Positions 25,790 through 35,913 of a stretch of 64,000 nt of DNA are shown one piece after another; positions within the stretch are counted from its first letter, which is position 1; the number at the start of each line of letters is the position of its first letter. Made by a program: the position numbers and the translations under genes. This DNA comes from Oscillospiraceae bacterium. GTDB taxonomy: Bacteria > Bacillota > Clostridia > Oscillospirales > WRJC01. The notes below the pieces were generated by a model. That model searched no databases. It worked only from the letters and a program-made list of their open reading frames with translations, and was not told the origin of the DNA. The stretch covers positions 28,505 through 92,504 of the forward strand of contig WRMA01000001.1 of the NCBI GenBank assembly GCA_009777355.1, written 5' to 3'.

Positions 25790-27470
25790 GGGTTTTTGCC
25801 TATATTCTAAATTCATATTCAGAAGGGAACGCATAACGAGTTTAATTTGGACAATGAGCATAATATTGTTTAATACTGTCGTTGCGGCGGCGTTTATGCA
25901 GCTTTTCCCGGACGACGTTTCTATGCGTCAGATGGTCGAGACTCTGTCTATGCCGGCGATGCAGGCTATTGTCGGTCCGATTTACGGACCTTCTGTAAAT
26001 ATGCTTTACGCTTCTGAACACGTCGCTATGGTTTTCGCGCAGGAAATGCTCGTATTTATGATGCTCGCCTCTGTTATTATGAATATATTTCTAATCAACA
26101 GGCACACGAGAGCAGACGAAGAACTCGGAAGAATCGAGATGATTCGTTCTCTTCCCGCCGGCAGGCTCACGGTTTCCGTATCGGCTCTGGTTTTCGCTTT
26201 CGGACTTAATATATTCATATCTGTTTTGACGGCTTTGGCTATGCTTTTAATAAATATCGCAGGAACGACTGTTGCGGGGGCGTTTATTTACAGCTTTGCC
26301 ATTGGAGCCGTCGGTTTTTTGTTCGCGTGCATAACTTTACTTACGGCGCAGGTTTTCCAGAACGCGAGAAGCGCGTCGGCGTGGGCGTTCGCTCTGCTCG
26401 GGATATTTTACGGAGTAAGGGCTTACGCCGATATGTCCGGAGAAATAATATTTAATTATATCTCGCCTCTCGGTCTCGGACTGCATGTCCATGCGTTCCA
26501 CGCAAATAGAATTATGCCGCTGATTATATTATTTATACAGGGATTAATTTTAGCGTTTATTTCTCTTGTAATCTGCGCGAAGCGCGATTTAGGCGAAGGC
26601 GTTATCCCCGCGAAAAAAGGCAGAAGAAACGCATCCGTATTTTTAAAAAGCCCTCTCGGTCTCGCGTGGCGTTTATCAAAAGGTTCTGTCATTGCGTGGG
26701 TTATAACTATGCTCGCGCTCGGCGCGACTTACGGCGCGGTTATCGGCGATATAGGCGGCTTTGTCGAAACTAACGAAATGTTTAATCAGTTAATAGTCGG
26801 CGGAGACGAAGAACTCGCGGCGTTACTCGAATATTTAGCCGAAAATCCCGAGGCCGCCGAAGCTTTCGCCGAAGAAGCCAATAAAAAAATGGCCGATAAT
26901 TTTATCGCTTTTATCTATTTGATAACAGCGCTGCTCGCGACCGTTCCGGTTATAACTATATCGGGGAAAATAAACGCCGAAGAAAAACGCGGCAGACTCG
27001 AAGGTATATTCGCGAGGTCGGTAAGCCGTCCGGCAATGTTCTGCAGTTATTTATTGATTGCTATAGTCGGCGGCGCGTTATTTATGATTTGCGGCGCGCT
27101 GGGGATTTACGCGGGAACGGCGTCCTCCGGGCTTGCCGAAGCCGGCGATTTAATTTCCGCTTCCCTGACATATATTCCGTCGCTTTTGGTCATGACGGGT
27201 ATAAACGTTTTATTAATCGGGTTAGCGCCGAAAATAAAGGCGTTGATTTGGGCGGTGTTCGCATATTCTTTTATAACCGTTTATTTCGGCAAACTGCTTG
27301 ACCTGCCTGAAATCCTCCCGAAAATGACCCCGTACGGAGTAATACCGCAGTATACCGATATAGTAAGCCGAAATATTGATATAAAATCTATAATTATCTT
27401 AACCGCAATATCAGCGGTACTGACCGTATCCGGAGTTCTGGCGTTTATGAGGCGCGACATAAAACAGTAG
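25776..27470 (+). CDS. ABC-2 type exporter permease (12 predicted TM)
   Basis: 564-aa polytopic protein that overlaps the ATPase gene stop. Confidence 0.8.
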   Translation: MTQVKGFCLYSKFIFRRERITSLIWTMSIILFNTVVAAAFMQLFPDDVSMRQMVETLSMPAMQAIVGPIYGPSVNMLYASEHVAMVFAQEMLVFMMLASVIMNIFLINRHTRADEELGRIEMIRSLPAGRLTVSVSALVFAFGLNIFISVLTALAMLLINIAGTTVAGAFIYSFAIGAVGFLFACITLLTAQVFQNARSASAWAFALLGIFYGVRAYADMSGEIIFNYISPLGLGLHVHAFHANRIMPLIILFIQGLILAFISLVICAKRDLGEGVIPAKKGRRNASVFLKSPLGLAWRLSKGSVIAWVITMLALGATYGAVIGDIGGFVETNEMFNQLIVGGDEELAALLEYLAENPEAAEAFAEEANKKMADNFIAFIYLITALLATVPVITISGKINAEEKRGRLEGIFARSVSRPAMFCSYLLIAIVGGALFMICGALGIYAGTASSGLAEAGDLISASLTYIPSLLVMTGINVLLIGLAPKIKALIWAVFAYSFITVYFGKLLDLPEILPKMTPYGVIPQYTDIVSRNIDIKSIIILTAISAVLTVSGVLAFMRRDIKQ

Positions 27471-27519
27471 GGGCGATTATTAATCGCCCGCGCCGCCTAA
27501 CGTAAAAATTTTGCGAATG

Positions 27520-27635
27520 TAGGGCGCGGCTTCCATGCCGCGCCGTGAATTTCAATCAAGCGTTGGCGGTATTTTGCGGCGCGCCGGGGATTTTCGCCAA
27601 TTTTACACGGCGCGGCATGGAAGCCGCGCCCTACA
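27520..27635. repeat. GTAGGG-type extragenic palindrome: perfect 29-bp inverted arms GTAGGGCGCGGCTTCCATGCCGCGCCGTG / CACGGCGCGGCATGGAAGCCGCGCCCTAC, 58-bp spacer
   Basis: Arms at 27520-27548 and 27607-27635. Each arm is itself a hairpin. Confidence 0.85.
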
Positions 27636-27668
27636 ATAAAGATTTATTTTGTTTAATATAACATTTTT

Positions 27669-28916
27669 TTATTTATACCCCAAAATTCTTATAAATCTGA
27701 TTTGCCGCCATTGATACGTGTCGAGAGCCCTGTTGTCCGAATCGAACGAATGGGCGCATATTTTTATTCCACCGTAGGAAACCTCCCCCGAAGGCTCGCG
27801 TCTGACAGATATTATAAACGGCGTGTGTTGGAAATTTTTGCCGTTAAACGAAAGCTGAACTATATCTCCCGCTTCAACTTCGTTCAAATCAATTTCAGAC
27901 GCGATTACTCCGTGAGTTTTTTCTCTTACGAGATAATTATACAAATGCTCGACTCCCGTCCACGACGGGCTTTTATCGTTGGCAGTATTATAATACCAAC
28001 CGTAAACCGGAGAATTTCTGTCCATTTTGCATCCTCCCGCAAGCAGAATCTGCGAGACATAATTCGTACAGTCTCCCCCGATTTCCTCAAAGTTATAATA
28101 ATCCGGGTTTCTGTCGAGAGACCAGCGTCTCGCATATTCGACGGCTTTCTCCCGGTCAAACGGATTAATGCCGGAATGTTCTGATAAAACCGGCGGTTCG
28201 TTTGCTATTATCTCTTCTTGCTTATGCTCTTGTATTTGCTCCTGTATTTCTTCATGCTCCCGGATTTCTTCTTTATCTGAGTGAACCGGCGCGAAAACCG
28301 GAACTGTATCATGCCAATCCTCTATATGCATATGTACGGGAATCTCTATCTTTATTTCTTCCGGCTCTGTTTCTAACTCTAACTCTAATTCACGCTCTTC
28401 TATATATTTTGTCTCTTCAATCTCTATTTCTTCTTCCTCTTCTTCGCCGTAATATCCGGCATAATCATAGTCAAATCCGCTTGATTCTTCTTGTTCGGCA
28501 GAATAAACCGGCCTGACGAAATATCCGCCGTTTTCTGTTCTTTTAGACGCTTCTTCCATCGCTCTTATGTCTTCCTCCTCTTCTTTTCTTGACTCTATCG
28601 CTATTATCTCTTCAATTAATTCGGGCGGTTCGGGTAATTCAAACGCTTCGAGCGTTTCGGCTGTCTCCGTAATATCTGTTGCAACCGCAGCTTCCGGCTC
28701 TTTTATCGGTTCGGACGGTTCGTAAATCATACCGGCGGCGCTGCGTATGTAATATTCCTGCGCGGCTTCTTTTTCTTCCTCGCGTAATTCTTCTTCCGCT
28801 TCTTTTATTTCCTCTTTCTGGATTATTTCGCACTTTTCCCGTTGGTTCATAATTTTGAGTTCTTCGTCTGTATAAAATTCGGGGTAAAAACGCCGCCTGT
28901 TTCTATGTTTTGACAT
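27669..28916 (-). CDS. Protein with a highly acidic E-rich N-terminal half and a C-terminal putative amidase domain (Amidase_6-like)
   Basis: C-terminal AVEYARRWSLDRNPDYYNF..GGDCTNYVSQILLAGG...SPSWTGV. Confidence 0.7.
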   Translation of the reverse strand: MSKHRNRRRFYPEFYTDEELKIMNQREKCEIIQKEEIKEAEEELREEEKEAAQEYYIRSAAGMIYEPSEPIKEPEAAVATDITETAETLEAFELPEPPELIEEIIAIESRKEEEEDIRAMEEASKRTENGGYFVRPVYSAEQEESSGFDYDYAGYYGEEEEEEIEIEETKYIEERELELELETEPEEIKIEIPVHMHIEDWHDTVPVFAPVHSDKEEIREHEEIQEQIQEHKQEEIIANEPPVLSEHSGINPFDREKAVEYARRWSLDRNPDYYNFEEIGGDCTNYVSQILLAGGCKMDRNSPVYGWYYNTANDKSPSWTGVEHLYNYLVREKTHGVIASEIDLNEVEAGDIVQLSFNGKNFQHTPFIISVRREPSGEVSYGGIKICAHSFDSDNRALDTYQWRQIRFIRILGYK

Positions 28917-29007
28917 TTTATTGCAATCCTCCGTTAATTATTAAAGATAATAATAAATTATATAAAATTAGCCTTATATAAACATTTTATGCGTTGAATT
29001 TTAAAAA

Positions 29008-29036
29008 TTGACAAAAACTTTATTTTGGTGTATAAT
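29008..29036 (+). promoter_or_regulatory. Consensus promoter TTGACA-N17-TATAAT (TG-extended) for iscU
   Basis: Hexamers read directly. Confidence 0.6.
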
Positions 29037-29087
29037 AATATTCAGATATGAATTTGTTAAAAAAGACATAAAGGAGAAAAGATTTTT

Positions 29088-29525
29088 ATGTATAGTGAAA
29101 AAGTCATGGAGCATTTTGCAAATCCCCGCAACGTAGGAGAAATAGAAAACGCCGACGGAATCGGCGAAGTAGGCAACGCCAAGTGCGGCGACATTATGAA
29201 GATTTTTCTGAAAATAGAAGATAATATTATAAAAGATATAAAATTCAAGACGTTCGGCTGCGGCGCGGCAATCGCGTCGTCGTCCGTTATGACGGAAATG
29301 ATTCTGGGAAAAAGCATTGAAGAAGCCCTCGCCCTCACGAACAAAGACGTCGCCGCCGCTCTTGACGGACTGCCCGCCGCGAAGATGCACTGCTCGGTTC
29401 TCGCCGAAGAAGCAATCAAAAACGCCGTCGGCGATTACTACAGAAAAAATAATATCCCCGTGGATTTTAAATCCGGATGCGACGGGCGCTGCGGAGGCTG
29501 CGGCGTAAACGACGGCGCGGAATAG
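29088..29525 (+). CDS. iscU: Fe-S cluster assembly scaffold IscU/NifU-like
   Basis: MYSEKVMEHFANPRNVG, with GNAKCGD, FGCGAAIASS and MHCSVLA cysteines. Confidence 0.85.
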   Translation: MYSEKVMEHFANPRNVGEIENADGIGEVGNAKCGDIMKIFLKIEDNIIKDIKFKTFGCGAAIASSSVMTEMILGKSIEEALALTNKDVAAALDGLPAAKMHCSVLAEEAIKNAVGDYYRKNNIPVDFKSGCDGRCGGCGVNDGAE

Positions 29526-29568
29526 TATCAAGTCAAACGCCGCCCTTTAGCGATAGAGCGGGGGATTT

Positions 29569-29598
29569 TTAAGGGGAATCGCGGCCAATTCCCCTTAA
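29569..29598. repeat. Palindrome TTAAGGGGAAT-N8-ATTCCCCTTAA
   Basis: 11-bp arms, downstream of iscU. Confidence 0.7.
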
Positions 29599-29610
29599 AT
29601 TTCTTTTTTG

Positions 29611-29638
29611 GTACTTTTTGTGAAACAACAAAAAGTAC
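29611..29638. repeat. AT-rich palindrome GTACTTTTTGT-GAAACA-ACAAAAAGTAC
   Basis: 11-bp arms with an ACTTTT/AAAAGT core like the 2085 family. Confidence 0.7.
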
Positions 29639-29661
29639 ACATATTAATATTATAATTATAA

Positions 29662-30120
29662 TCACAAATAATTTCTGAGCCTGTTTATGCTCTTCTGTTC
29701 AAAATAAATCGCCTCGCAGCCAATCTGCGAAATCTCGCAGTCGAGATTCCTGCACCGGTTGTATATTTTCTGCGCTTCGATTAGTCCCGACGTCGAGTTT
29801 TCGATTATAACCTCCGCAAGATGACTTTCGGAGTCGTCCACGTATACTTTCAGTTTCATATACGCCATAGACGGAATCCTACTTAATATAAACAAATCGC
29901 TCGGACTTTCGTCTATATCGTCGAATTTTGACGAAACTCTGTTTATAAATTTAAAATAACCCGCCATCTGCGACGCTAAATCTTTTTTTAAATTAGAGTT
30001 CTTTATCCTCGGCAGAATATAATCTATCGAATCTATTCCCGTTTTTGAATTTTGATATACTGTATTTAGCAAATCCGCGTTCGAAGTATTTGAATCCCCG
30101 TATATTTCTCTAATCTGCAT
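29662..30120 (-). CDS. Hypothetical 152-aa helical protein
   Basis: Long ORF with RBS GGGAGG. I recognise no family. Confidence 0.5.
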   Translation of the reverse strand: MQIREIYGDSNTSNADLLNTVYQNSKTGIDSIDYILPRIKNSNLKKDLASQMAGYFKFINRVSSKFDDIDESPSDLFILSRIPSMAYMKLKVYVDDSESHLAEVIIENSTSGLIEAQKIYNRCRNLDCEISQIGCEAIYFEQKSINRLRNYL

Positions 30121-30274
30121 TTTTTTAGAACCTCCCGTTTTTTTAACTTTTCTATATTATTTTATGATAAAAAAAATTTTTTATTCGGAGAGTAATAACA
30201 TCTTGCAAAATATGCCGGTTAATGATAGAATTAATAAAAGTCAAATAATTATATCAGGAGGTAAAAATAAAATC

Positions 30275-31858
30275 ATGACAAAATCAAAGCCGAATCAGAA
30301 CCGGCGCTATATTTACGAATCCAATAATTTATTAAATAGTTTCGACGTTATTATAATCGGCTGCGGTATCGCGGGGATTTACGCCGCCCTGCATATAGAC
30401 AAGACAAAAAAAGTCGCGCTCGTAAACAAAGGTTCTGAAATCAAATCCGGCAGTTCTTATTACGCCCAGGGAGGAATCGCCGCCGTCATGACCGAAAGCG
30501 ACAGCTGCGACCTGCATATAGAAGACACTCTAAACGCCGGAGCGGGACTCTGCAACGCCGAAGCCGTTAAAGTTCTTGTAAACGAAGGTCCGGAAAATAT
30601 AAGAACTCTCGTCGATTTAAACGTGCCCTTCGACGTAAATTCAGAGGGCGAGCTGTTGTTTACAAGAGAAGGCGGACACACAAAACGCAGAATCGTTCAC
30701 TGCGGAGGCGACGCTACGGGCAAAGAAACGACGGACAGATTATATAATATAGCAAAAGAAAGAGAAAATATAGAGTTTTTTTTCGGTACTGCCTTAATAG
30801 ATATAATTTCCGGCGAAAAAGAAAACAAAGTCTCCGGGGTTATACTCCAGGAAACTGAAACGGAAAAAATATTTATACTGGGGAGTGAAAATATAATCCT
30901 CGCGACGGGAGGCATAGGTCAGGTCTATAACAGCACGACGAACCCGAAGGGCGCGGTCGGCGACGGTATTGCCGCGGCGTACAGGGCGGGCGCGGTAATC
31001 GAAAGCATGGAAATGGTACAGTTCCATCCGACCGCTCTGGTCCCACAGTACGAGAGCGACAGGCTGTTTTTGATTTCTGAAGCCGTTCGCGGAGAGGGAG
31101 GTATCCTCAGGAACAGAACGGGCGAAGCGTTTATGCGCGGAGTTCACCCGATGGCGGACCTCGCCCCGAGAGATATCGTCACGAGAGCGATATATAAAGA
31201 ACTGCTTAAAACCGGAGATAATTTCGTCTTTATCGACGCGGGAAGCATGACAAAAGATTTTTTTATTAAAAGATTCCCGACTATATACGCCGAATGTATG
31301 AAATTCAATATAGACGTTCCCGTTGATTTTATCCCCGTAAGCCCGGCGCAGCATTATCAGATGGGCGGTATAAAAACAGACTTATACGGCAGGACAAACA
31401 TAGGCGGCCTTTACGCCTGCGGAGAAGCCGCGAGTACGGGCATACACGGAGGAAACAGACTCGCGTCGAACAGCGTTCTCGAATGTCTTGTTTTCGGCAG
31501 ACGCTGCGCGCTCGATATAAATTCAAGAAAAAACTTATCAAAACGTCAAGGCGTAAATATCAGCCGTGAAAATATTATTCGGACTGCTGGAAGAAAACTC
31601 GATTTATATCAAATCGAAGGGTTTACGAAAGAAATAAGGACGATTATGAGTTTATACGCGGGAGCGGTGAGAAAAACCGACGGATTATTATTCGCTCTCG
31701 AGAGAATAAACAGAATCATGGATTACGCAGATGAAACAGACATAGAAACGTTCGGCGGAGCGGAGTTTTATAACATGACCCAGACGGCGAAGCTTGTCGT
31801 CGAATCGGCTCTCGAACGCAAAGAAAGCGCGGGAGCTCATTATATAGAAGATTTATAA
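30275..31858 (+). CDS. nadB: L-aspartate oxidase
   Basis: Start reassigned to MTKSK (RBS AGGAGG). FAD motif DVIIIGCGIAG, plus FHPTAL and RLASNS. Confidence 0.9.
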   Translation: MTKSKPNQNRRYIYESNNLLNSFDVIIIGCGIAGIYAALHIDKTKKVALVNKGSEIKSGSSYYAQGGIAAVMTESDSCDLHIEDTLNAGAGLCNAEAVKVLVNEGPENIRTLVDLNVPFDVNSEGELLFTREGGHTKRRIVHCGGDATGKETTDRLYNIAKERENIEFFFGTALIDIISGEKENKVSGVILQETETEKIFILGSENIILATGGIGQVYNSTTNPKGAVGDGIAAAYRAGAVIESMEMVQFHPTALVPQYESDRLFLISEAVRGEGGILRNRTGEAFMRGVHPMADLAPRDIVTRAIYKELLKTGDNFVFIDAGSMTKDFFIKRFPTIYAECMKFNIDVPVDFIPVSPAQHYQMGGIKTDLYGRTNIGGLYACGEAASTGIHGGNRLASNSVLECLVFGRRCALDINSRKNLSKRQGVNISRENIIRTAGRKLDLYQIEGFTKEIRTIMSLYAGAVRKTDGLLFALERINRIMDYADETDIETFGGAEFYNMTQTAKLVVESALERKESAGAHYIEDL

Positions 31859-31886
31859 AAATTTTAAATTCAGGAGATTTTTAATT

Positions 31887-32729
31887 ATGAACATAAATAA
31901 TATAATAATCGACGAAATCATAATAAACGCGCTGAAAGAAGACATAGGCGCGGGAGATATAACGACAAATTCCATAATCGACGAAAACCAAAAAATCACG
32001 GGAGAATTTACGGCGAAAGCAAACGGGATTATATGCGGACTGGATATTTGCCGCAGGGTTTTTGAAATACTTGACGAAGATATAATATTTTCGCCGTATA
32101 AAAAAGACGGCGAAGAAGTTAAAACCGGCGAAGCGATTGCAAAAGTCAGCGGGAACGCGAAAAGTCTCTTGACCGGCGAGAGAACGGCTATAAATTTACT
32201 GCAGAGAATGTCCGGGATTTCTACGCAGACGGCAGAATCTGTCAGGAAAATTTCGGGAACGAAGGCTAAAATCGCCGACACCAGAAAAACAACCCCCGGA
32301 CTTCGGGTTCTTGAAAAATACGCCGTTAAAGCAGGCGGCGGAACAAATCACAGATTTAACCTGTCCGACGGGATTTTAATCAAAGACAATCACATAACCG
32401 CCGCGAACGGGATAGTAAACGCCGTAAAAAAAGCCCGCGGAAATTCTCCTCACACGCTTAAAATCGAAGTCGAGTGCGAAAATCTTAAATCCGTCGAAGA
32501 AGCCGTCCAAGCGAAAGCCGATATAATAATGCTCGATAATATGCCCGCTGAAGAAATGAGAAAAGCCGTTGAATTTATCAACGGCAGGGCATTGACAGAG
32601 GCGTCGGGCAATATGGACGAAAAAGATTTGCTCGAAGTCGCGAAAACAGGCGTCGATATAATCTCAATCGGCGCGCTTACCCACTCTGTCAGAAGTCTGG
32701 ATATAAGCCTGAAATTTGTTATGAAATAA
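31887..32729 (+). CDS. nadC: Nicotinate-nucleotide diphosphorylase (quinolinate phosphoribosyltransferase)
   Basis: 280 aa. LLTGERTAINLLQRMSGI, DTRKTTPG, and LDNM. Confidence 0.9.
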   Translation: MNINNIIIDEIIINALKEDIGAGDITTNSIIDENQKITGEFTAKANGIICGLDICRRVFEILDEDIIFSPYKKDGEEVKTGEAIAKVSGNAKSLLTGERTAINLLQRMSGISTQTAESVRKISGTKAKIADTRKTTPGLRVLEKYAVKAGGGTNHRFNLSDGILIKDNHITAANGIVNAVKKARGNSPHTLKIEVECENLKSVEEAVQAKADIIMLDNMPAEEMRKAVEFINGRALTEASGNMDEKDLLEVAKTGVDIISIGALTHSVRSLDISLKFVMK

Positions 32730-32731
32730 AT

Positions 32732-35221
32732 TTAAACGCCGCGTTTTGCCTCGTCTATTTTCCCGACCTCGGTCATATCCGTCGTCGGGATATAGTTTTT
32801 TATAGGCATGATTTTCTGGTGCAGCGCGTCTATAAACCAGTCTGTCTGCGGGAAAAAATATTTTTCAAGTTCAAACGCCGGGGTTATCCAGTTTTTCGAG
32901 CCCAAAACAACGGGCGGCGCGTCAAGATAATCAAAGCAAAATTCCGTTATATTCGCCGCAAGCTCCTTCATAAACGAACCCCTCTCGCAAGCGTCTCCCG
33001 CGATTATTATTTTCCCGGTCTTTTTAACCGACTCTATAACTAAACTGTAATCAAAAGGCGCGAGAGAACGAGCGTCTATAACCTCGGCCGATATATTATA
33101 TTTTTCCTGCAAAATTTCAGCCGCTTCTATCGCCCTGTATAATATCGCGCCGATTGTCAGAATCGTAACGTCGCTTCCCCGGCGTTTTATATCGGGTTCG
33201 CCTATTTTCACTTCGTAATATTCGTCCGGTCCCGGAACTCCGCCTTTTTTAAACATCTCGCCTACGTCGTAAATTCGCTGGCTCTCGAAGAAAATCACGG
33301 GGTCGGAGCCGTTCAGCGCCGCGTTCATCAAGCCTTTCGCATCATAAGGCGTCGCCGGAAATACAACTTTAAGCCCGGGTATATGCGAAGTCAGAGCCGT
33401 CCAGTCCTGGGAGTGCTGCGCGCCGTACTTCGACCCCACGGAAACTCTTATTACAACCGGCATTTTTAAAACCCCCGCGCTCATCGACTGCCATTTCGAG
33501 ACCTGATTGAAAATCTCGTCGCCCGCTCTGCCGATAAAATCCGCGTACATCAGCTCCGCAATCACCCGGCCTCCGCACATCGCGTAACCCACCGCAGAAC
33601 CTATAATCGCCGCCTCTGAAATCGGCGAGTTGAAAAATCTGTGATACGGCAGCGATTCTGTCAAACCCCTGTAAACCGCGAACGCTCCTCCCCAGTCCCT
33701 GTTATCTTCGCCGTATGCGATAAGCGTAGGGTCTTCGTAAAATTTATCAAGAATCGCTTCAAACAATGCGTCTCTTAACAAAAACTGCTTTAATTTAGGT
33801 ACGGGCTTATTATTTTTGTCAAAAACGCTTCTCGCTTTCGTCAATAGCTGCTTAACTCTCGGATTATCCTGTTTTTCTGTCAGAACGTCGGGGGTTCTGC
33901 CCGACTCTGAATCAAATTTTCTAATAGTCTGATTCGAGAACATGAGTTTCGCGACCGCGTCCGGCTCTCTGCCCAAATCCATTCTGGGCGATATGCCGCC
34001 GTCAATCGCAAGCTTGCAGATTTTCGTCATTTTCAGGCTTATTCCCGCGTGAATATTTTCTATATCGCCTTTTATGCAGATATTATTATTTATTAATTTA
34101 TCAGAAAACTCTTTTAGACTATCTTGATTTTTCCACGCTTCTATTTCTTCGGGGGTTCTGTAAGTAGACGAATCAGACGGGGAATGTCCTGTGACGCGAT
34201 AAGTCACGACGTCGAGCATAGCCGGACCTTTACCGTCGAGCAGAATCTTTTTTTTGCGCGAGACCGCGTCGATTACGGCCAGCGGATTATATCCGTCTAT
34301 TCTCTCCGTATGCATCTGCTCGGGATTTATCCCCGCGCCGATTCTCGCGGGCATATCGTAACCCATAGTCTCTCCCCTCGTCTGACCTCCCATGCCGTAC
34401 TGATTATTAAATATATTAAACAAAACCGGCAGACCTCCGTTGTGTTCTTTGTCCCACAACCGTTTGACCTGGTCCATGCAAGCCATGTTAAACGCCTCCC
34501 ACACGGGTCCGCAGCCGAGAGCTCCGTCGCCGAAATTCGCGATAATTATCCCCGGCTTTTTATTCGCTCTCTTAAATAACGCCGCGCCGAGGGCTACGGG
34601 CGCGGCTCCGCCGACGATCGCGTTGTTGGGGTAAATCCCGAACGGCGTAAAAAATGCGTGCATAGAACCTCCGAGACCTTTGTTAAACCCCGTCTCCCTC
34701 GCGAATATCTCAGCCAGCGCGCCGTATAACAAGAAGTCGACCGCCAAATCTTTAACGTCGCCTTTTATTTCTTCTTTACCCTCGACGGCTTTTAATATAC
34801 TCCCGCCGAAAAAACCCCGCATTATATCATATAGTTCGTCTTCGTCGAGTTTATATATAGCGGACAGACCCTTCGCGAGAATTTCGCCGTGGCTTCTGTG
34901 CGAACCGAAGATAAAATCCTCCGGGTCAAGAGAATACGCCTGACCGACCGCGGACGCTTCCTGACCGAGCGATAAATGGGCGGGTCCCGGGTTATTATAC
35001 TCAACCCCGTTATAGACGCTCTTCGTCTTAATCTCGTTGAGCATAGTTTCAAACTCGCGGATTACGGCCATATCGTGATATATTCTCAAAAAATCCTTTC
35101 TCGAATATATATTTCTTTCTTCGGCTAAAGTTTTTTTATACTGATTGACGGGAATATCCGAAAATTTAATCCAGCCCGGAGCTCTTAACTCTTCCGGGTC
35201 TGCAAACTGTGATTTAGGCAT
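32732..35221 (-). CDS. Fused alpha/beta E1 component of a TPP-dependent 2-oxoacid (acetoin/pyruvate/BCKA-type) dehydrogenase
   Basis: 829 aa. The N-terminal half is E1-alpha-like (GDGALGCGPVWEAFNMA). The C-terminal half is E1-beta/transketolase-like. Confidence 0.85.
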   Translation of the reverse strand: MPKSQFADPEELRAPGWIKFSDIPVNQYKKTLAEERNIYSRKDFLRIYHDMAVIREFETMLNEIKTKSVYNGVEYNNPGPAHLSLGQEASAVGQAYSLDPEDFIFGSHRSHGEILAKGLSAIYKLDEDELYDIMRGFFGGSILKAVEGKEEIKGDVKDLAVDFLLYGALAEIFARETGFNKGLGGSMHAFFTPFGIYPNNAIVGGAAPVALGAALFKRANKKPGIIIANFGDGALGCGPVWEAFNMACMDQVKRLWDKEHNGGLPVLFNIFNNQYGMGGQTRGETMGYDMPARIGAGINPEQMHTERIDGYNPLAVIDAVSRKKKILLDGKGPAMLDVVTYRVTGHSPSDSSTYRTPEEIEAWKNQDSLKEFSDKLINNNICIKGDIENIHAGISLKMTKICKLAIDGGISPRMDLGREPDAVAKLMFSNQTIRKFDSESGRTPDVLTEKQDNPRVKQLLTKARSVFDKNNKPVPKLKQFLLRDALFEAILDKFYEDPTLIAYGEDNRDWGGAFAVYRGLTESLPYHRFFNSPISEAAIIGSAVGYAMCGGRVIAELMYADFIGRAGDEIFNQVSKWQSMSAGVLKMPVVIRVSVGSKYGAQHSQDWTALTSHIPGLKVVFPATPYDAKGLMNAALNGSDPVIFFESQRIYDVGEMFKKGGVPGPDEYYEVKIGEPDIKRRGSDVTILTIGAILYRAIEAAEILQEKYNISAEVIDARSLAPFDYSLVIESVKKTGKIIIAGDACERGSFMKELAANITEFCFDYLDAPPVVLGSKNWITPAFELEKYFFPQTDWFIDALHQKIMPIKNYIPTTDMTEVGKIDEAKRGV

Positions 35222-35264
35222 AATTTTTATCCTCTCCTGTAAATTTAATTTTTTTGTTTTTGAT

Positions 35265-35690
35265 TCAAGAAACGAAGTCCGGACGTAAATAGATATTTAT
35301 AATTTCAAGTTTGCTTTCGATTATTTGTCCGTCGCTTAAATCCTCGCTCAGCAAATAAGCGCACCCGCTTTCAAGAGCGGCGGCAATAACAAGACTGTCG
35401 TAATATGAATACCCGTAGCGTTTCTTTATGTCTAACGCTTTTTTTATCCATTCCTGCCGTATTACTACAACTTCGCAGGTTGATAATACTGCGTCAATAA
35501 ATTGTTTCGTTAAGTCAATATCTACGGCAAATTGTTTCGTGAATACATTGCATATCTCACTCAAAACCTGCGCGCTTGTTATGCAATTAAGATTATTAAT
35601 CGCTAATTCGGACAGTTCTTTTTTTTGTTTCCCTTTTTCAGACTGCATATAAATAAAAACATTAGTGTCCACAAAAACTCTATCGTTCAT
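35265..35690 (-). CDS. vapC: PIN-domain ribonuclease toxin VapC
   Basis: MNDRVFVDTNVFIY..., with conserved D/E/D positions. It overlaps the antitoxin stop by 11 nt. Confidence 0.8.
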   Translation of the reverse strand: MNDRVFVDTNVFIYMQSEKGKQKKELSELAINNLNCITSAQVLSEICNVFTKQFAVDIDLTKQFIDAVLSTCEVVVIRQEWIKKALDIKKRYGYSYYDSLVIAAALESGCAYLLSEDLSDGQIIESKLEIINIYLRPDFVS

Positions 35691-35880
35691 TAGCTTCCTC
35701 CCTGTCAAATTTATATCCGGTTGTGTCTATCGTAAAATCGGGAAAAAGACTTTTTTTATCCGGTACGGATTCTTCAGTTAATACGATAACTTTAATTTTT
35801 GAGATAATTTTTTTCTTGTACTCGTCAGGTATGGGTATAATTCCGTTATGAACGAAAGTTTGAAATTCGTATGCCCGCAT
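35680..35880 (-). CDS. Small antitoxin partner of VapC (66 aa)
   Basis: Position and overlap are typical of type II TA. The fold was not recognised. Confidence 0.6.
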   Translation of the reverse strand: MRAYEFQTFVHNGIIPIPDEYKKKIISKIKVIVLTEESVPDKKSLFPDFTIDTTGYKFDREEANER

Positions 35881-35913
35881 ATATTTTTCCTCCGGTCAGT
35901 TTAATTTTTTTAT

